Source: Eledone cirrhosa (lineage: Eukaryota). From it: a DNA stretch of 64,000 nucleotides. Under the pieces are notes generated by a model, which searched no databases, had not been told where the DNA came from, and worked only from the letters and a program-made list of their open reading frames with translations. Below are positions 12,953 through 31,283 of the stretch, one piece after another. Made by a program: the position numbers and the translations under genes. Each line of letters starts with the position of its first letter. Position 1 is the stretch's first letter. The stretch lies in assembly GCA_964016885.1 (NCBI GenBank), contig OZ024745.1:88412001-88476000 (forward strand). The letters run 5' to 3'.

Positions 12953-13444
12953 TATACATATATATATATATATATATTAATATTTGTAGAAGTAAACACA
13001 GTACATCCCGTGTTTAAAATTACGAGGGTAGATTACGCCACAAATGTTATATATCATTCAACCTGAATCATATGGGATGTTACAAGATTTCTTACAAGAT
13101 TTCTCATACATACCATATCAATAACCCTTTCATCTCCCGGCCAGACTAAAGATTAATCTGTTTCGCCCTGAATGAATCGTGTTTGTAACAAGTAATCCGT
13201 AGGCATTTCGTCAGCGAGAGCTAAGACTAAATGTTACATAACACCTATAACGTTAAACTCACTAAAGTTTACACCTCGTGCATTGAAAGTCATATGTAGT
13301 GCGAGTGGTTATGCTAGAAATAATAGCCTATTTACACTCATTTTTAAAACCTCAACAGATAAGGAGCCGATATACAAATAAAATATAGAGTTATTAACTC
13401 ATATAGATACCCTGCAATTAACAAGCTCAAAGTATAAATACTAG

Positions 13445-13630
13445 TGGATTGGCAGTATCGGTAGCGGGTCCAACGCCATGCTTTGACTCATAGAGTTACG
13501 ACAATTGCAATTCTGGGTTCAAATGCCGCCAAGGTTAACTTTGCCTTTCATCCTTACGGGGTCGATTAAATAAAGTACTAGTAATGTACTGGGTGATTGC
13601 GGGTCTTCTGCCAAAAGTAGAAACAATTAT
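13445..13630 (+). mobile_element. tRNA-derived SINE (short form)
   Basis: GTGGATTGGCAGTATCGGTAG..GGTTCAAATG..core..tail. Confidence 0.88.
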
Positions 13631-14052
13631 TTATATATATATATATATATATATATTTCTACATATATACAAATGCACACACACACACACGCACATACAC
13701 GCACATACACCCCCCCCCCCCCCACACACACACATACACACACATACACACACACACACACAACACACATATATGTATATATATAGAGAGAGATAGATAG
13801 ATATCCGTGTGTATTTTATATTTATGTATGATTATATGTAAGGGAAGTGCTTGTGTTTCTGTGTGTTTGTGCAGGTATAGCTGTGTCTTCATACACTATT
13901 GTCTGTATGTAGTCGTGCGTGAGTTGATATGGGTGTCGGTATGTGTCAAGATAATATATAACTTATTAATCTTTGCTTCATTTAATGGTTGAATGTGTAA
14001 TGTATGGTTACTATATAAAACAGCCATATTGAATTTTTAATATATATATATA

Positions 14053-14837
14053 TAGACGGAAAAAATGAAACGAATTTCATTTCTCACTTTTATACGGTGC
14101 TGACGATAGCTAATAAGCTTGAAACTTGTACAGCGTTCCTTTGTCAGTGTTGAACAAACGAGCAATGATGGTTGCTAGGCACTAAGGCTTAATACGGGAT
14201 GTTTGTTTACAAAAATACCGAGCTTTATAATAAATGTTCGGTGAATCCATACGTACATATATATATGTGTGCATGTATGTATATATATATATATATATAT
14301 ACATACTACTGTACGTATGTATACATATATGTATGTACGTATACATACTTATATTTCAGTAACAGCCGTACTAAGAGTGGGAAATGAAATTAGTTTCATT
14401 TTTTCCGTTTATCGTATTCGGTGCGCCCGGCCGATTAACTCACTCGATATGCAAATTAGGCTGTTCAGCCGTTAATATGCATAAGGAAATGATATACTTT
14501 CAGACGGTCAATCATCTGGCAGGAAGGTATACGGTGGTGACGATAGCTAATAAGCTTGAAACTAGTATATCTTTTCTTTGTCAGTGTTGAACAAAAGGGC
14601 AATGATGGCTGCTAGACACTGTACGGCTTAATTCGGGGTGTTTGTTTACAAACACACCGAGCATTATAATAAATGTTCGGTAAATCCATACGTACATATA
14701 TATATGTGTGCATGTATGTATATATATACATACTACTGTACGTCTGTATACACATATGTATGTACGTATACATACTTATATTTCAGTAACAGCCGTACTA
14801 AGAGTGAGAAATGAAAGTTCGTTTCATTTTTTCCGTT

Positions 14838-14839
<2 letters not shown>
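14053..14839 (+). mobile_element. Non-coding tandem-repeat element (437-nt period) with one hammerhead per repeat; retrozyme-like / non-autonomous PLE
   Basis: Direct repeats 14091-14411 and 14528-14839, an inverted copy of the 3' end at 14053-14090, and TA flanks. HHR motifs at 14096-14134 and 14533-14571. Confidence 0.75.
14096..14134 (+). ncRNA. Minimal type I hammerhead motif
   Basis: ggtg CTGACGA t AGCT aata AGCT t GAAA cttg TA cagc. The second copy at 14533-14571 has palindromic A-CTAG-T but C3>G. Confidence 0.7.
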
Positions 14840-14869
<30 letters not shown>

Positions 14870-15419
14870 GAAATATATTCGTTTTGTGCTATTTTTGCAA
14901 ATTTTTTGCGATGACTAGACATAATGAATTCATTTGCCAAATCTAAGGGTTTTCTCCCCTTTGGAGTTTACGTGTGTTTCAAACACTGTGAGATCCTGGT
15001 GCAGAACAACATGCCTGTTGAGGAAGTGAAATCCTTCTTCGATCATTAAACCAAAAGCTTATTATTTTTTATAAGCAGACAGTATTATTGATTTAGGTGT
15101 CGCAGAAACCCTATATCGGATGTTATCATCATTTCGCGGGTCCGGGTAAATATTTCAATCATATCTTATTTTGTTTGACCCGCTTACCTTGCTCGCTTTT
15201 TCTGGCTTAGGTGGTTAATGGCTTCTTAACCATCGTCTCAGTTGTGTATGGCCTTTTTTAATTATGTTTATAGCTTTGGTATCTGCGTATCCATTGAGCG
15301 CTTGCCAACACAAATCGGAAGTTGCGTTTCGCTAATTTCTACTCGCCGAAAAACGATTCTCCTTAAATTTATATTTATATATATATATATATATAAATAT
15401 ACATATATATATAAATATA

Positions 15420-15451
<32 letters not shown>

Positions 15452-16422
15452 AAAACGAATAACGAAACGAAATTAAATTTCGTTTCGTTTGTAACTCACT
15501 TTTGTATGACTGACGCTTAAACAATTAAGTTAAAAATGTACATCCACATATGTATACCGAAATACTAGTATGCATATGAATACACACACGTGTTCATATG
15601 TAGATGTACCGAGTTTTTCATTGGACACTTTACTGTGAGTGTTCAGCTAGTCTGTATGTAAACACACAGACAAACCGGTTTTTAGAGTCATACTGGTTTT
15701 CGAGGAAACACCTTTCCTCTATTCTCCAGAAAGCCAGACAGGAATATTGGACTAGTTTCGATGTTGTTACATCTCATCAGCAATATTTACCTATCCTCCG
15801 GCCTTTATAGAGAATCGTAAAAGCACATATCGTTATATGCTTTTTCTATATCGTTATATGGCTGTCTGGAGAATATTTATTTATTCGGCTCCGTTAATTC
15901 GTCGAGCTAATTCAATTGCGATTAAACTCGGCTGCTATTTTTAGTGGCGAGAGTGTGCAAGACATGCTAAGTTCGGGAACCATAAGCGTCACATATACAC
16001 ACATTATCCAGTTTCTAATTAGATTTAGAAGTGATAAGGTTACTAATTTCTTCGTCCGCTGAGGAGCTTAGACTTTGGTAATCCTTTTCACAAATAATAT
16101 TACGAAACAGTTCTATCAAAACTGTCCGGGTGTTCGGTTGTTACCACAATTATGGTTTGCATCTATTTTTCTTGATTTATTCTTGAATTGAGTCTGGAAA
16201 ACGATATTGTCTGTAGTTAGTATTTTTGGCACCTTAACGATTCTGGTCCATTACGAATTTAATACGTATATGGAAAGGTCAGTGTTCGTTTCTCTTTTTT
16301 GTTCAGTTATAACATACGGCTCGGAAAAGCTTTTTTCTTAGAGGTAATTTACTGTAATGAGACTATTTGAGTATCTAAATCAATACATGCATTGATATAT
16401 ACATACATATATATATATATAA

Positions 16423-20330
<3,908 letters not shown>

Positions 20331-20341
20331 ATATATATATA

Positions 20342-23300
20342 TAGTGGTAGAACACTGGAAGGTAATATCCCTAGTGGTAGAGCACTCAGTCCATGGGACG
20401 AGTTAGGTAGAAGTGTGTACACAACAGTTAGTTCGCCATACGGAGAACAATTGTTTCACCTTAGCGGTTCCCCAGCTCGTAATGGACTTGGTTATACGGA
20501 ACAGGAAGGACAACCATACGAACGCGCATGCGCAGAAACGATCACTTCACACAGGCAATATTAAAATGCGTGCGAGAAGTGTAAGGGTGATAACTGCGAA
20601 AGTCCGAAAAGTTTCTAGTTGATAAGAAAATTAGGATTTTGTTGTAATTCAATCTGGAGCTTTGTAGTTATTTAAGAGGTGTTCCAGACGTTTGGACAAC
20701 TTGTGAAGAATTCATTTCTCGTGTTTAGGCAATCACTATTGCGTAATCCCTTTAGAATATTTATTCGTTCAATACATAGTCCATACGTCGGATTGCCCCA
20801 TGCGTATGGCTTGGACCTATTGATGGCTTTCCATTGAATGGAGTAGTCTATACTTGAGTCCTAGAGGGACCATACGTAGCTCGCGAGTGTCGTGAATGAA
20901 CATCTGTCCGGGTACGTAAAGGTTGACTGGTGGTTCAGGAAGCGTTCCTTAAATTGGCCCTCCGCCATACCCACATCGGATTTGACCTCCTGTGTTTGAT
21001 TTGATCGGTTGGAAGTGACCACAGCTTCATAAACTACAGCGGGTGTGTTGCATTGCTGTTGAAGGGGACAAGCTTCGGGCTTACAGCAAGAGCACCCTGG
21101 TGGGGTGTTGTTCTTAGGGCTGTTGGTGATCCCTTCATGTTCTTAGCGCAGGAGTATTCTAGTTTTACTTTGTGTCGGTTAAAGATGGAGTAGTATTTAT
21201 GACGTATGGGGAAGTGTCTATCTAAGAGGGCTAGACATTTTTTGCCTACATTGGTCTTAACGTTGAGTGAGAAGGGCGGAGAGAACCAGATAGTTTGTCT
21301 ATTGTTACGCTTTCTTTTCTTATTGCTGTTGTTGATATTGGGAGTGTAAGTGATAGGTTGGAGAAGCCGCTGTTAGCTAACGCCGTGTCATAGTAGGGTG
21401 TCGTATTAGAAGAGAGGTTTGAGATTCTAGTACTGATATGATTTACGAAGTTTCTAAAAACAGTGGGAGGGTGGCATGAGTCCTTGTTAATGTAATTGAG
21501 TTTTTCGTTTAGCTTATGGAAGGGTCTGTAGGTGTGTGTGCGAAGGTCTAAATTAATGTCTAAGAAATCTACGCTATAGAGGTTGGTAGCTACTGTTATC
21601 CTAAGTCCTAACTCATTGAAGTTAGAAGCTAAGGCTTTTTTAAACCGGTCGAGGTAGTGACCACTTTTATGGCTCGATAAGATCAGTCCATCGTCGCGGT
21701 ATATTCCCGTGTGGAAGGCCGCGAATCTAACACACATGTTTAAAATAAATAGGCCAACCAAGTCGCATAAAGTCAGCACTGTCAAACCATCCCATGGGGA
21801 CGTCGAATAGGTCTGGAGTTGTAGACTTCTTTTCCCAGGATACTCCGTCGTTGAAGAGAAGGGTTTTCCGGCAGTGAGCGATGATTTGCCTGTCTAAACC
21901 ATCGATGGTAGTGTAAGTGGTATCCAAGTCCAAAGCTTTGTTTAACAGGGTCTCTGAGATCGACGGGTAAAATTCAACAACGTCAAACTGTGTTAACTTC
22001 GCTTTTTGGATTTGAAGGATTTAAACCACTTAATTACGGAGTCGCTGTTCTCCCACTGGGACAGGTTGGACTCGGTCCAAATGGTCTTAACTATGTTTCT
22101 AAGTATGGCCTTACTGACTAGTCCCATATCTGTGCGTGCCGGGTTTATTAGTCTACATGTGGGGTTAGAAGTAAAGTCTGCTTTGCGATCTTTCAGGGTG
22201 AGGAACGCCAACCGCTTAGCTAGAGATTGTAGCTTCTTATCTACCTTAAGGACGGTGGCAAGTTCTTTGGCTTCTGTATTAATGTCGTGTTAGGCCATAG
22301 GGTTAGCTATCTTATATTTGGAAGTAATAGAGTTATGGGCCAGGTGGCGGAAAGTGGTGTTGTCGACTTCGTAAATATTATTAGTTTTGTCGGAAAGAAC
22401 GAAAGTGTTATTAGAAGACCTACATTTCTTAATATCATTCCTAAGTTTAGTTTGAAAGGTGTTAGGGTGTTTGCGAAAGGAAATGTTAGCGACTAAGTCA
22501 AGAAGGTCCACCTCGAAAGGAGCAAGTTCAGTTACCTTAGGAGTGTAGGCTCTCGATTTCAGGTTGAAGGTGTTATGGGTTCTTGTAATTTTGCCGTCAA
22601 AAGCTAGGGCTCGCCATCTTAAGCGTCTGACAACATCTTCCGCTTTTTGTAGGAGAAGCTTTTGGTAAACATGGTTGGATGTAATGGGAATGTTCTTCAG
22701 GGCGTAATCCAGTTGTTTAAATCCATACTGACGTTGATGAGACACAAAATTGTGTAGGACACGAGGATATAGAGAGCGCTCTCAGGGTAGTAAGCCAAAC
22801 TCGCACGTGGTGAAGAATCTGCTTAAAGCCAAACTTCTACGTAGTGAAGAGAATCTGCTGACCGTTGCTGGAGACGTATATAGTGGGAGAACACTGGAAG
22901 GTAATATTCGTAGTGGTAGAGTACTCAGTCCATGGGACAAAGTAGGTAGAACTGGTTACACAACAGTTAGGTCACCATACAGAGAACAATTTTTTCACCT
23001 TAGCGGATCCTCAGCTCGTAATGGACATAGTTATACGGAACAGGAAGAAGAACCGTACGAACGCGCATGCGCAGAATCGATCACTTCACACAGGCAATAC
23101 TAAAATTCGTGCGAGAGGTGTAAGGAAGATAACTGCGAAAGTTCGAAAAGTTTCTAGTTGATAAGAAAATTAGGATGTTGTTGTAATTCAATATGGAGTT
23201 TTGTAGTTATGTAAGAGGTTTTTCCAGACGTGTGGACAACATGTGATGAATTCATTCTCATGTTTAGGCAATCACTATTGCGTAATCTCTTTAGAATATT

Positions 23301-23786
23301 TATTCGTTCATCAATACATAGTCCAGACGACGGATTGCCCCTTGCATATGGCTTGGACTTAGTGATGGTTTTCCATTGAATGGAGTAGTCTATACTTGAG
23401 ACATTGAGGGACCATACGTGGCTCGCGAGGGTCGTGGGTGAACGTTTGTCCGGGTACCTAAATGTCGACTGGTGCTTCAGGAAGCGTTCCTTAAATCGGC
23501 CCTCCGGCATACCCACATAGGATTTGACCTCCTGTGGTTGATTTGGTCGGTTGGAAGTGAGCACAGCTTCATAAACTACAGCGGGTGTGTTGCATTGCTG
23601 TTGAAGGGGACAAGCTTCGGGCTTACGGCAAGAGCACCCTGGCGGGGTGTCGCTCTTGGGGCTGTTGGTGATGTGGGCCTTCATGTTCTTAGCGCAGGAG
23701 TATCCTAGTTTTACTTTGTGTCGGTTAAAGACTGGTATTTATGACCTATGGGAAAGTGTCAATCTAAGAGGGCTAGAAATATTTTG
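20342..23786 (-). mobile_element. Penelope-like element family B, full-length decayed copy in partial tandem (upstream 3' duplicate 22880-23786)
   Basis: ORF pieces: LSDKTNNIY, CRLINPA, FDVVEFYPSI, PMGWFDSA, GIYRDDGL, CSCRKPEACPLQQQC..VVYEA..YVGMPEGRFKERF (GIY-YIG). 22880-23780 directly repeats 20342-21245. Confidence 0.93.
22982..23017 (-). ncRNA. Minimal hammerhead motif, family B upstream pLTR
   Basis: gag CTGAGGA tccgctaaggt GAAA aaattg TT ctc. The copy at 20443-20477 has a damaged core. Confidence 0.6.
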
Positions 23787-23814
23787 CATATATATATACA
23801 TATATACATACATG

Positions 23815-23874
<60 letters not shown>

Positions 23875-24367
23875 ATACATTACATACATATATATGTGTG
23901 TGTGTGTATGTATATGTGTGTATACCTACATGCTTATTCTTACATGCACCTACATATATTAGAGATGTACACACCTTCAAATGTATATCTTATGTCAAAA
24001 TATAGTTACGTGTACATTAACGCAGCTACGAGGCATTACTGACAACAAGAAAATTACCGGCGAATTTACTGCGAACAAATGCGATATTATGGCTAGATTA
24101 ATTTGAATAAAAGTATTGCATTTCTTTTATTCTGTCCTCTGAATCGCATTTAATGGCATCCGAAAACCAGGAAATTCGATTATAAATAATATATTGATTT
24201 TTCTCTTTAGATACAAATCCAATTTTTCTTAGGCGATGTGTACAAAATCAATTTATTTAGCCTCGGTATAATGTGGTTTTCTTTTATTCATGAGACTGAG
24301 AAATAAAGTTTTTTTCGTTATTTGATATATTTATTGCATGTACTTTTTCTAATGATTTCATCTAAAT

Positions 24368-24683
24368 CAGAGATTCTCAAACTGTTGGGGCCACTGCCTC
24401 CCTCACGGCCACGCTATACCCTCAGCGCCTCCAGCTTTATTTCCAGGAAGACTTGCCTACACGCAAATTAAATCGTTAATCTATATATAATAAATAATAT
24501 ACAGTATGTATAAATGTATTATATATTTTTTATTTTACTATATTTGTAAATAACAATTTAATATCTAATATACTATAATATCATATCTACTTCCCCCCTA
24601 CCACTACACATTTATGCCTCAACGCCCCCTGGACCCTTTCTATGCCCTCCGAGGGGCAGTAGCGCCTACTTTGGGAACCTCTG
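24368..24683. mobile_element. hAT-Charlie-like MITE
   Basis: TIRs CAGAGATTCTCAAA / TTTGGGAACCTCTG. 8-bp TSD ATCTAAAT / ATCTAGAT fits NTCTAGAN. Confidence 0.85.
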
Positions 24684-25177
24684 ATCTAGATAAATTGGAT
24701 CTGCCCATATCTTTTGCAGACTTACTGGGACCGGATCGATCTATGTAGCTTATATGCCCCTCGGGACATCAGCTCACAGAGAGGAATATTTGAGAATGCT
24801 GAGGTTTGAAAGGGAAGGGATGGGTGATGGTTTAATGACCCTGGGGGGAGTTGGGTGCATTTGGAAGCAGATTAGTCAAACCCGAGTGAATGTGTGTATA
24901 TATATACGTGAGAATCTATGCTGTGATATCTAAACCGTTCTAAATGTGAAGAGACTGCTATTATATGAAGAAAATTAATTTCATATATGGCTACAATTTG
25001 GGCTTTGGGAAAAATTATAACTTTGAGTCGGTACTGAACTATATTTTGACTGGTAAGGAGACGTACTGCTGTTGTGATTTAGTGAAACTATGAAATACAT
25101 ACATAAGATTTATGTCTAATATTCTTGAACAGTATATTTATCATTTTTGTATGGTATATTGATTGTAACTTTGTTGT

Positions 25178-25410
25178 CCCAGGTTCTGCTACACTTCGGG
25201 AAGAGGAGGCCAAACTCTTGAAATACCGCTCGCTCTCCGACAGGTTCGCGGTCGTGCCCTTGGCCCTAGGGCTACATCCCTACTCAGCACTATATGCGCT
25301 GAGCTGGCCAGCCGCAGGTGTGAGCCTCGCTAGTTGGAAAGGCTCTTCCAGCGCATCTCCCTTACAATCCTCCTGGGAAACGCCTTCTCCATTCTATCCG
25401 CCAGGGCTGT
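25178..25410 (+). mobile_element. CRE-clade non-LTR 3' fragment
   Basis: EEEAKLLKYRSLSDRFAVVPLA..ERLFQRISLTILLGNAFSILSA; homologous to 8397-8710. Confidence 0.65.
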
Positions 25411-25961
25411 GGGGAGGCCAGCAGGTGGGACCCCATTTGCTCACCATACGGAGAGATGGGGAGGGCGAGAGAGATGGAGGCCATGACAGTGGGAGTTCAC
25501 ACACATGCACAAACATAAATATACTCTTACATACACACACACACAAATAGATTAGTTATTACAAACATTTTATGTATTTTGGTAATCGAAGGAAACAGTA
25601 AGTATCCAAATTCTCAGAGCAATATTTAAAAAGGAAGGTTTCATATTACAAGATAATAAACCTACAGATTGACAGCTGAGCCAGATGATTACAGTAGCTA
25701 ATTAGACGTAGTAAAATGTGTTATTATATGTAATTGTGTGTGTGTTGTTTACGTAAAGGAAAACAGATATAGGTGAGATTAATGTGCTTATTTAATTTAA
25801 TTTAGGGAGATTAGTAGGAGCTATATATTTGAATTCAAGTCCGGGCACGAACTTACTGAACTAAGAAAAATAAACATCAATTGGTTTGAATGGGCCACGT
25901 TTGATATAGAGATTACTGTAATTATTAAAGGAATAAACGAAGAGCGTCAGAGAGAGAGAAA

Positions 25962-26027
<66 letters not shown>

Positions 26028-27207
26028 TGTATGTGTAGATAAAGCTATGCAAATGTATTTTGAGAATAAAAAATGACACAAAATTCTTAATAAATATTTC
26101 AGTTGTTGCTCCGCAGACATATAGATGTCTGAGGACCACGGAAAGTAAAGGATATTCTGTAAAGTTTCATACTCTACATGTGCTGTAATACAGTTACCTC
26201 TAGGTATGGCCCAAGTAGAGTATGTTGTGTATACTTTACTGTTTTGTCTCTTTATATATTTAGAACATATTTAATGACTTCAGGTTAGACGGTTAAAGGC
26301 AAAACAATCTAAAAACAGAAAAGAAAGTCTAACCAGCAAAAATATCTAGATAGGATCCAATCACTTGATAGATAATATAAGTTTAGATGTATAAAATCGA
26401 TTTATTATTTTAAAAGGTGCTAATTAATGTTAAATAAATATGAATGTTCATCCTTTACATGTATCGTTTCATTTTCAGATTTCAGAATATTTCAATATTA
26501 AACAACTTATAAAATCACAAATAAATCCTAGTCTGTAAACGAAAATAGAACACACTTTGGCTACGGGCTGTTTCACCTATGTATGTTATGTTCTTATTTC
26601 TACACTGTCCCTCAGTTTATCTTATGTTATATACTTCGAGAGAGAGAGAGAGGTCAGTGCTGTGCTGACGCCAGGTTGAGAGAATTTGACTCGGCAGTTT
26701 TGGTTGACTGATCTACTATTCTACCACGCAATCAATATGCAGCCAATTACATACTTTAAATTAACTTAAATCTACTTAATTATTTAAAATAGAAATTTAA
26801 ATACATATTTATTACCTTTTCGCTGATTATAATTATTTTGAAGCAAATATTTATTGTTTGTCAACAAAATAAATTTTTAAAATTCGTAAACATTCTAATC
26901 GAGCTGTCGAAAATTGAAGATCTCTGATTTACAAGTTTACGGTATTTAGGCCTTCAGAGATCTAGTCCTTTACAAATACCTCGGAAAGAAATAAGAAAAA
27001 AGAAAACATGGACAGGAGACTCAGCCAGATCAATTGGAGATGGTTGCGTCAGACAATCCCACAGGAAGGCGTGCCTAAGGTCTCTGTCCCCACAACCCTC
27101 TGCTGCTGCTGCTGCAGAAGAAGAAGAAGAAGGAAAAGAAGAAGAAGAAGAAAAAGAAGAAGAAGAAGAAGAAGAAATCAAGTAATTCAATGTGTTTCAT
27201 AAAATAA

Positions 27208-27573
27208 TTTTCTACTTTTTGGCACAAGGCCAGCAATAAACCAGTACATTATTGGTACTTTATTTTATCGACCCCGTAAGGATGAAAGGCAAAGTTAACC
27301 TCGGCGGGAATTGAACTCAGATCGTAAAGGGACGTAACTATGCTGGAAAGCATAATCCAACCCTCTACCGATACTGTCAATTTCTTATATAGACACAAGG
27401 TCAGTAATTTGGGGGGGAGGGGAAAGTCGATTTAATCGACCCCAGTGCGTGAATTGTACTTTATTTTATCGACCCCATAAGAATGAAAGGCAAAGTTAAC
27501 ATCGGCGGGATTTGAGCTCAGATCATAAAGAGCATGGCGTCCGACCCTCTACCGATATTGCCAATCCACCTCC
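27208..27573 (-). mobile_element. SINE pair (short form 27208-27380 and long form 27381-27573)
   Basis: Two adjacent co-oriented copies. Confidence 0.9.
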
Positions 27574-28399
27574 CTTGTGTTTCATAAAATAATGTAAATT
27601 TATAAAATCTCATGAAACTATTTCGTATTTAAATTTAAAGTTATTTCAAATTTGATTTCACTAGGAAAAGAGAACACCAGCTATTTATTTCGAAATACTC
27701 TTTCAAATTTGTAAATAGAATGCAAATTTAACATTATTCTAATGTAAATTAATTGAAATTCATAGAATTAACAAACGTACTAAATAACTCAAAAATTGAA
27801 ATTAAAATATTTTTTATATGGAAGGACATTCAGGATTTTAAGTATTTCTGCGATCTGAAAAAAGACATAAAATTGTCATTCATTGCGTCATTCTCTGACA
27901 AATGATTTCTTTAACTCGTAATTGACTTAATGTCTTGTAGAAAACATTTCACTTCGATAACTCTATAGTTGTTAGAATAATTAATTAAACTTTATTTTCA
28001 TCTTCTGTAATAATTATACGTTCAAGCCGTAAAACTAATTTCATTAAGATAATTATGTTACCAGAAACACCAGATGAGTGGAAACATAACTCTGCATGTA
28101 TAATCAATGTTGATATTGAAAGGTGAATAGTAACCAAGGCAAAGTGATGAAGAATTTGTTAAAAAAAGGCTGATATTTATAGTTGACATTTACGACTTAA
28201 GCAAAGGCTGAAATAAATATATCGTTGAATCGGCATAATATCTAATTGTCTGTATCTTTTATTTAAAATGTTACATTGAATGCTTTCATAATTCTCTTCA
28301 TATGCTGTGTGTTTATGTGGTAAACACCTAACAGATTCAACAATGACTATATTCTGGTTGTATGATTAGCGGAACAGCCTATCCCTGAAACTATTGTGT

Positions 28400-28650
28400 A
28401 AGTGTGTGTGCGAGCATTACACAGAAACCTACCCGCAGTGTAATCTCCAGGATTATTCAGCGTGATACATTGTGTCACAAGGTTAACTGTTTCAACTCGC
28501 GGTACTATGTATGTTTTCCAGATGAGTGGAATAACTGCAGCAGCATGTAATAAAGTGTCATGCTCAAGGACACAATGTACCACCTGGTATAGAGCTCATG
28601 ACTTTAATCTCGTGAACTGAACACACTAACAACTAAGCAGCACTTTTTCA
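28400..28650 (-). mobile_element. Second SINE family (CORE-like), diverged
   Basis: AAAGTGTCATGCTCAAGGACACAA is the reverse complement of the CORE-type GTGTCCTTGAGCAAGACACTT, with a tRNA-like head to the right. Confidence 0.5.
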
Positions 28651-31107
28651 CATAGAAGACAGCAGCTAATAAGGCTATTTCCACACTATATAAAGAAGCT
28701 ATGATAGATATGTTTAAGTGAAAATCGATATATTATCCGACTGAATATCAAAGTAATACTGATTTACCTTGTTACCATCTCCTTGTCTTAACCTACATTC
28801 CAACCCTCCGCACTTATCATTAAAAAAGCTCCATTTTTTTAACAAACTTCCAATCACCTTTTTTCCAAACTTCCAACCCTCTCTCTCTTAGAACTTTGCT
28901 CTTTCCTGATGAAACATAACGTCTGGTACGCTGAAAAATGTATTTATTTTCATTCTCAATCGTGAAATAAACTGTTTTTGCATTGCTATTATTCTTGAAC
29001 TATATATATTATGAATTTTCAAACCGCCATGATATACCTAAGGTGAAAGTATGAGAAACCGGAAAGTAAAAATTGGATTAACAGTCGAGCGCTATAAATA
29101 ATAGATGAGAGAATTGGGTGAAACATCTCTAGTGACGGGCGACAGTGAACATGGGTCGCTTACGTGCCTTGTTGAGGTCTCTATGAGTATTTCATTTCAT
29201 TCACTCAGCTATTATTCATAGCGATCGACTATCATTACAATTATTTTCTATGTTCAGATTCTCACATTTTCACACACACACATATATATAGGAGGGGTGA
29301 TCGTGTGTGTGCGTGCACATATATATATGTCTGTGTGTGAGTCGTGAGACGTAGTGAGGAAGTTAGGTAGACAGAGAGAAAGAGAGACAATAATGCAACC
29401 GAATAGATAGACAGATAGATATAACTATTGATAATTAGATTGATGCTCCAGTTTAACTTTTGCAAGATCGATATTCTGACATTTGTGTCAATAGACATTT
29501 AAAGAGACTAAAATGTATACAGATCGTTTCCATTTTTTTTCGTGAAAATGTTTGAAATAATTTGATAGAGTTCGGCACCGATATTAGTAACCAAAATCAA
29601 ATATAATGGTAATTTTTAACAAAATCACAACTCCACTACTTTTACAAAATGTAAAGTCAAGTCCAATACTTGACTGATACAGATTTTATAAATCCTGGAA
29701 TATAAAATACGATCCTACCATGATTTGAACTCAGAAATTAGAAGATATTTCAGAAGCCACATAAATCCCCCCCCCCCCTCCCAAGAAAAACACAACAACA
29801 AAACATAACAATCGTCAAATTTTGTATTCTTATACACATAATCCGACAAATCACACTAATCAAACATTATACTCGTAGAACTATATAATGACTATTTTTC
29901 TGTTATCTTATACAACAAGCCTTTAAAGAAATCACTCAGAAACCGCAGAACTAGTTAGTAATTCGTTGTAATACATTTTGTTAATCAATATGAACAAAAC
30001 AGAAATAATTTGAAATGTTCCCTCGGTAACAATTTTATCGTAATTTAGTAATTTTGAGTTCAACATTCATCTTTACACTTTGTGCATTGTTGGTTGAGAT
30101 ACAATTATAAAATGCTTTGTATAATTTTTGTTGAAAATTCATTCAAAATATAAATCTGCTGAGTTATGCTATATCATTGTTGTACACAATCTATATTTTA
30201 TTCAAATCTAGCTGAAATTGAAATCATCATGGCGATGAAAATATCCAAATGACCTTATTACTATATGCCGTTTTCACTAGGAATCATCTATTTAACTTAC
30301 TTAATCGATACGATTGAGATTTCTCTGAAATTTGAATTAGTAATTACTTGAATTAATGCCATGGTTCAATTTAATATCGACCTAATCCTGTGTTCCGTCA
30401 GCATTTAACAGGTACGTAATAATCGAGAAGGACGAATATACTGCGAACTGTTCTTTCCATTTTAAAGCCCGTCATTCATTTGACTAGCCTAATTTGATTT
30501 CAGAACAGTAGATCTATAAACGACACGTTATTTTCTAGTTATTTTGGCATTTTAAAATTGCATATACCATTCCATTTTTTACTTATATATTCTGCTGTGA
30601 TTAGATTTGAGAATGTTGTGACCTTTTAAAATGCATATATCAGCACATTAAATGAGCACAATCTCAATATACTAGATCTGAAAAGATGGAACATATTTTC
30701 CACTGGAATATTGTGTACATATATAGATATATTTGAACTCGCTCGGTTTTAGCAACGAGTAATCCAAATGTTTGGCCAGTGTGTGCAAGTTACTGAGTAA
30801 TCATGGCCTGTTGATCGTGAGCCAAATACTCCAATGATTAGGCTACCAGCCTTCACATTATGCAGATAAAAAATGATATAAAATAACTCAACAGGAGAGT
30901 TTGTAGAAAATAGAAGCTAGATATTTATGGAATTCAAACATCCCTGTTTTAAAAAGCTGCATTTGATAGTATGAACATAGAAACGAAATAGAGGGAGGTC
31001 ATGAATCCGGAGTTTTGATTGTATCTTTCATGAATCAGTGTTCAGATGGTGCTAAACAAAAACAACAAACATGTATTGCCCTTAGTCTTCTTTAATGTAG
31101 ATTAATA

Positions 31108-31283
31108 ATTGTTTCTACTTTAGGCACAAAGCCAGCAATTAACCAGTGCATTACTGGTACTTTATTTTATCGAACCTGTAAGGATGAAAGGCAAAATTAA
31201 CCTCGGCGGGATTTGAACTCAGATCGTAAAGGGACGTAACTATGCTGGAAAGCATGCGTCCGACCCTCTACCGATACTGCCAA
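31108..31283 (-). mobile_element. tRNA-derived SINE (short form)
   Basis: Matches the family consensus. Confidence 0.9.

Noticed and set aside
13145-13222. Minus-strand CTGACGA..GAAA C AGATTAATCT hammerhead candidate in a TA-flanked segment
   Set aside because: Stem I does not pair and stem II is poor. Possibly a decayed HHR, not supportable.
28906-28945. CTGATGA aacata..tacgct GAAA aatg TA hammerhead candidate
   Set aside because: Stems I and III are unpaired and stem II needs two back-mutations. At best an old remnant.
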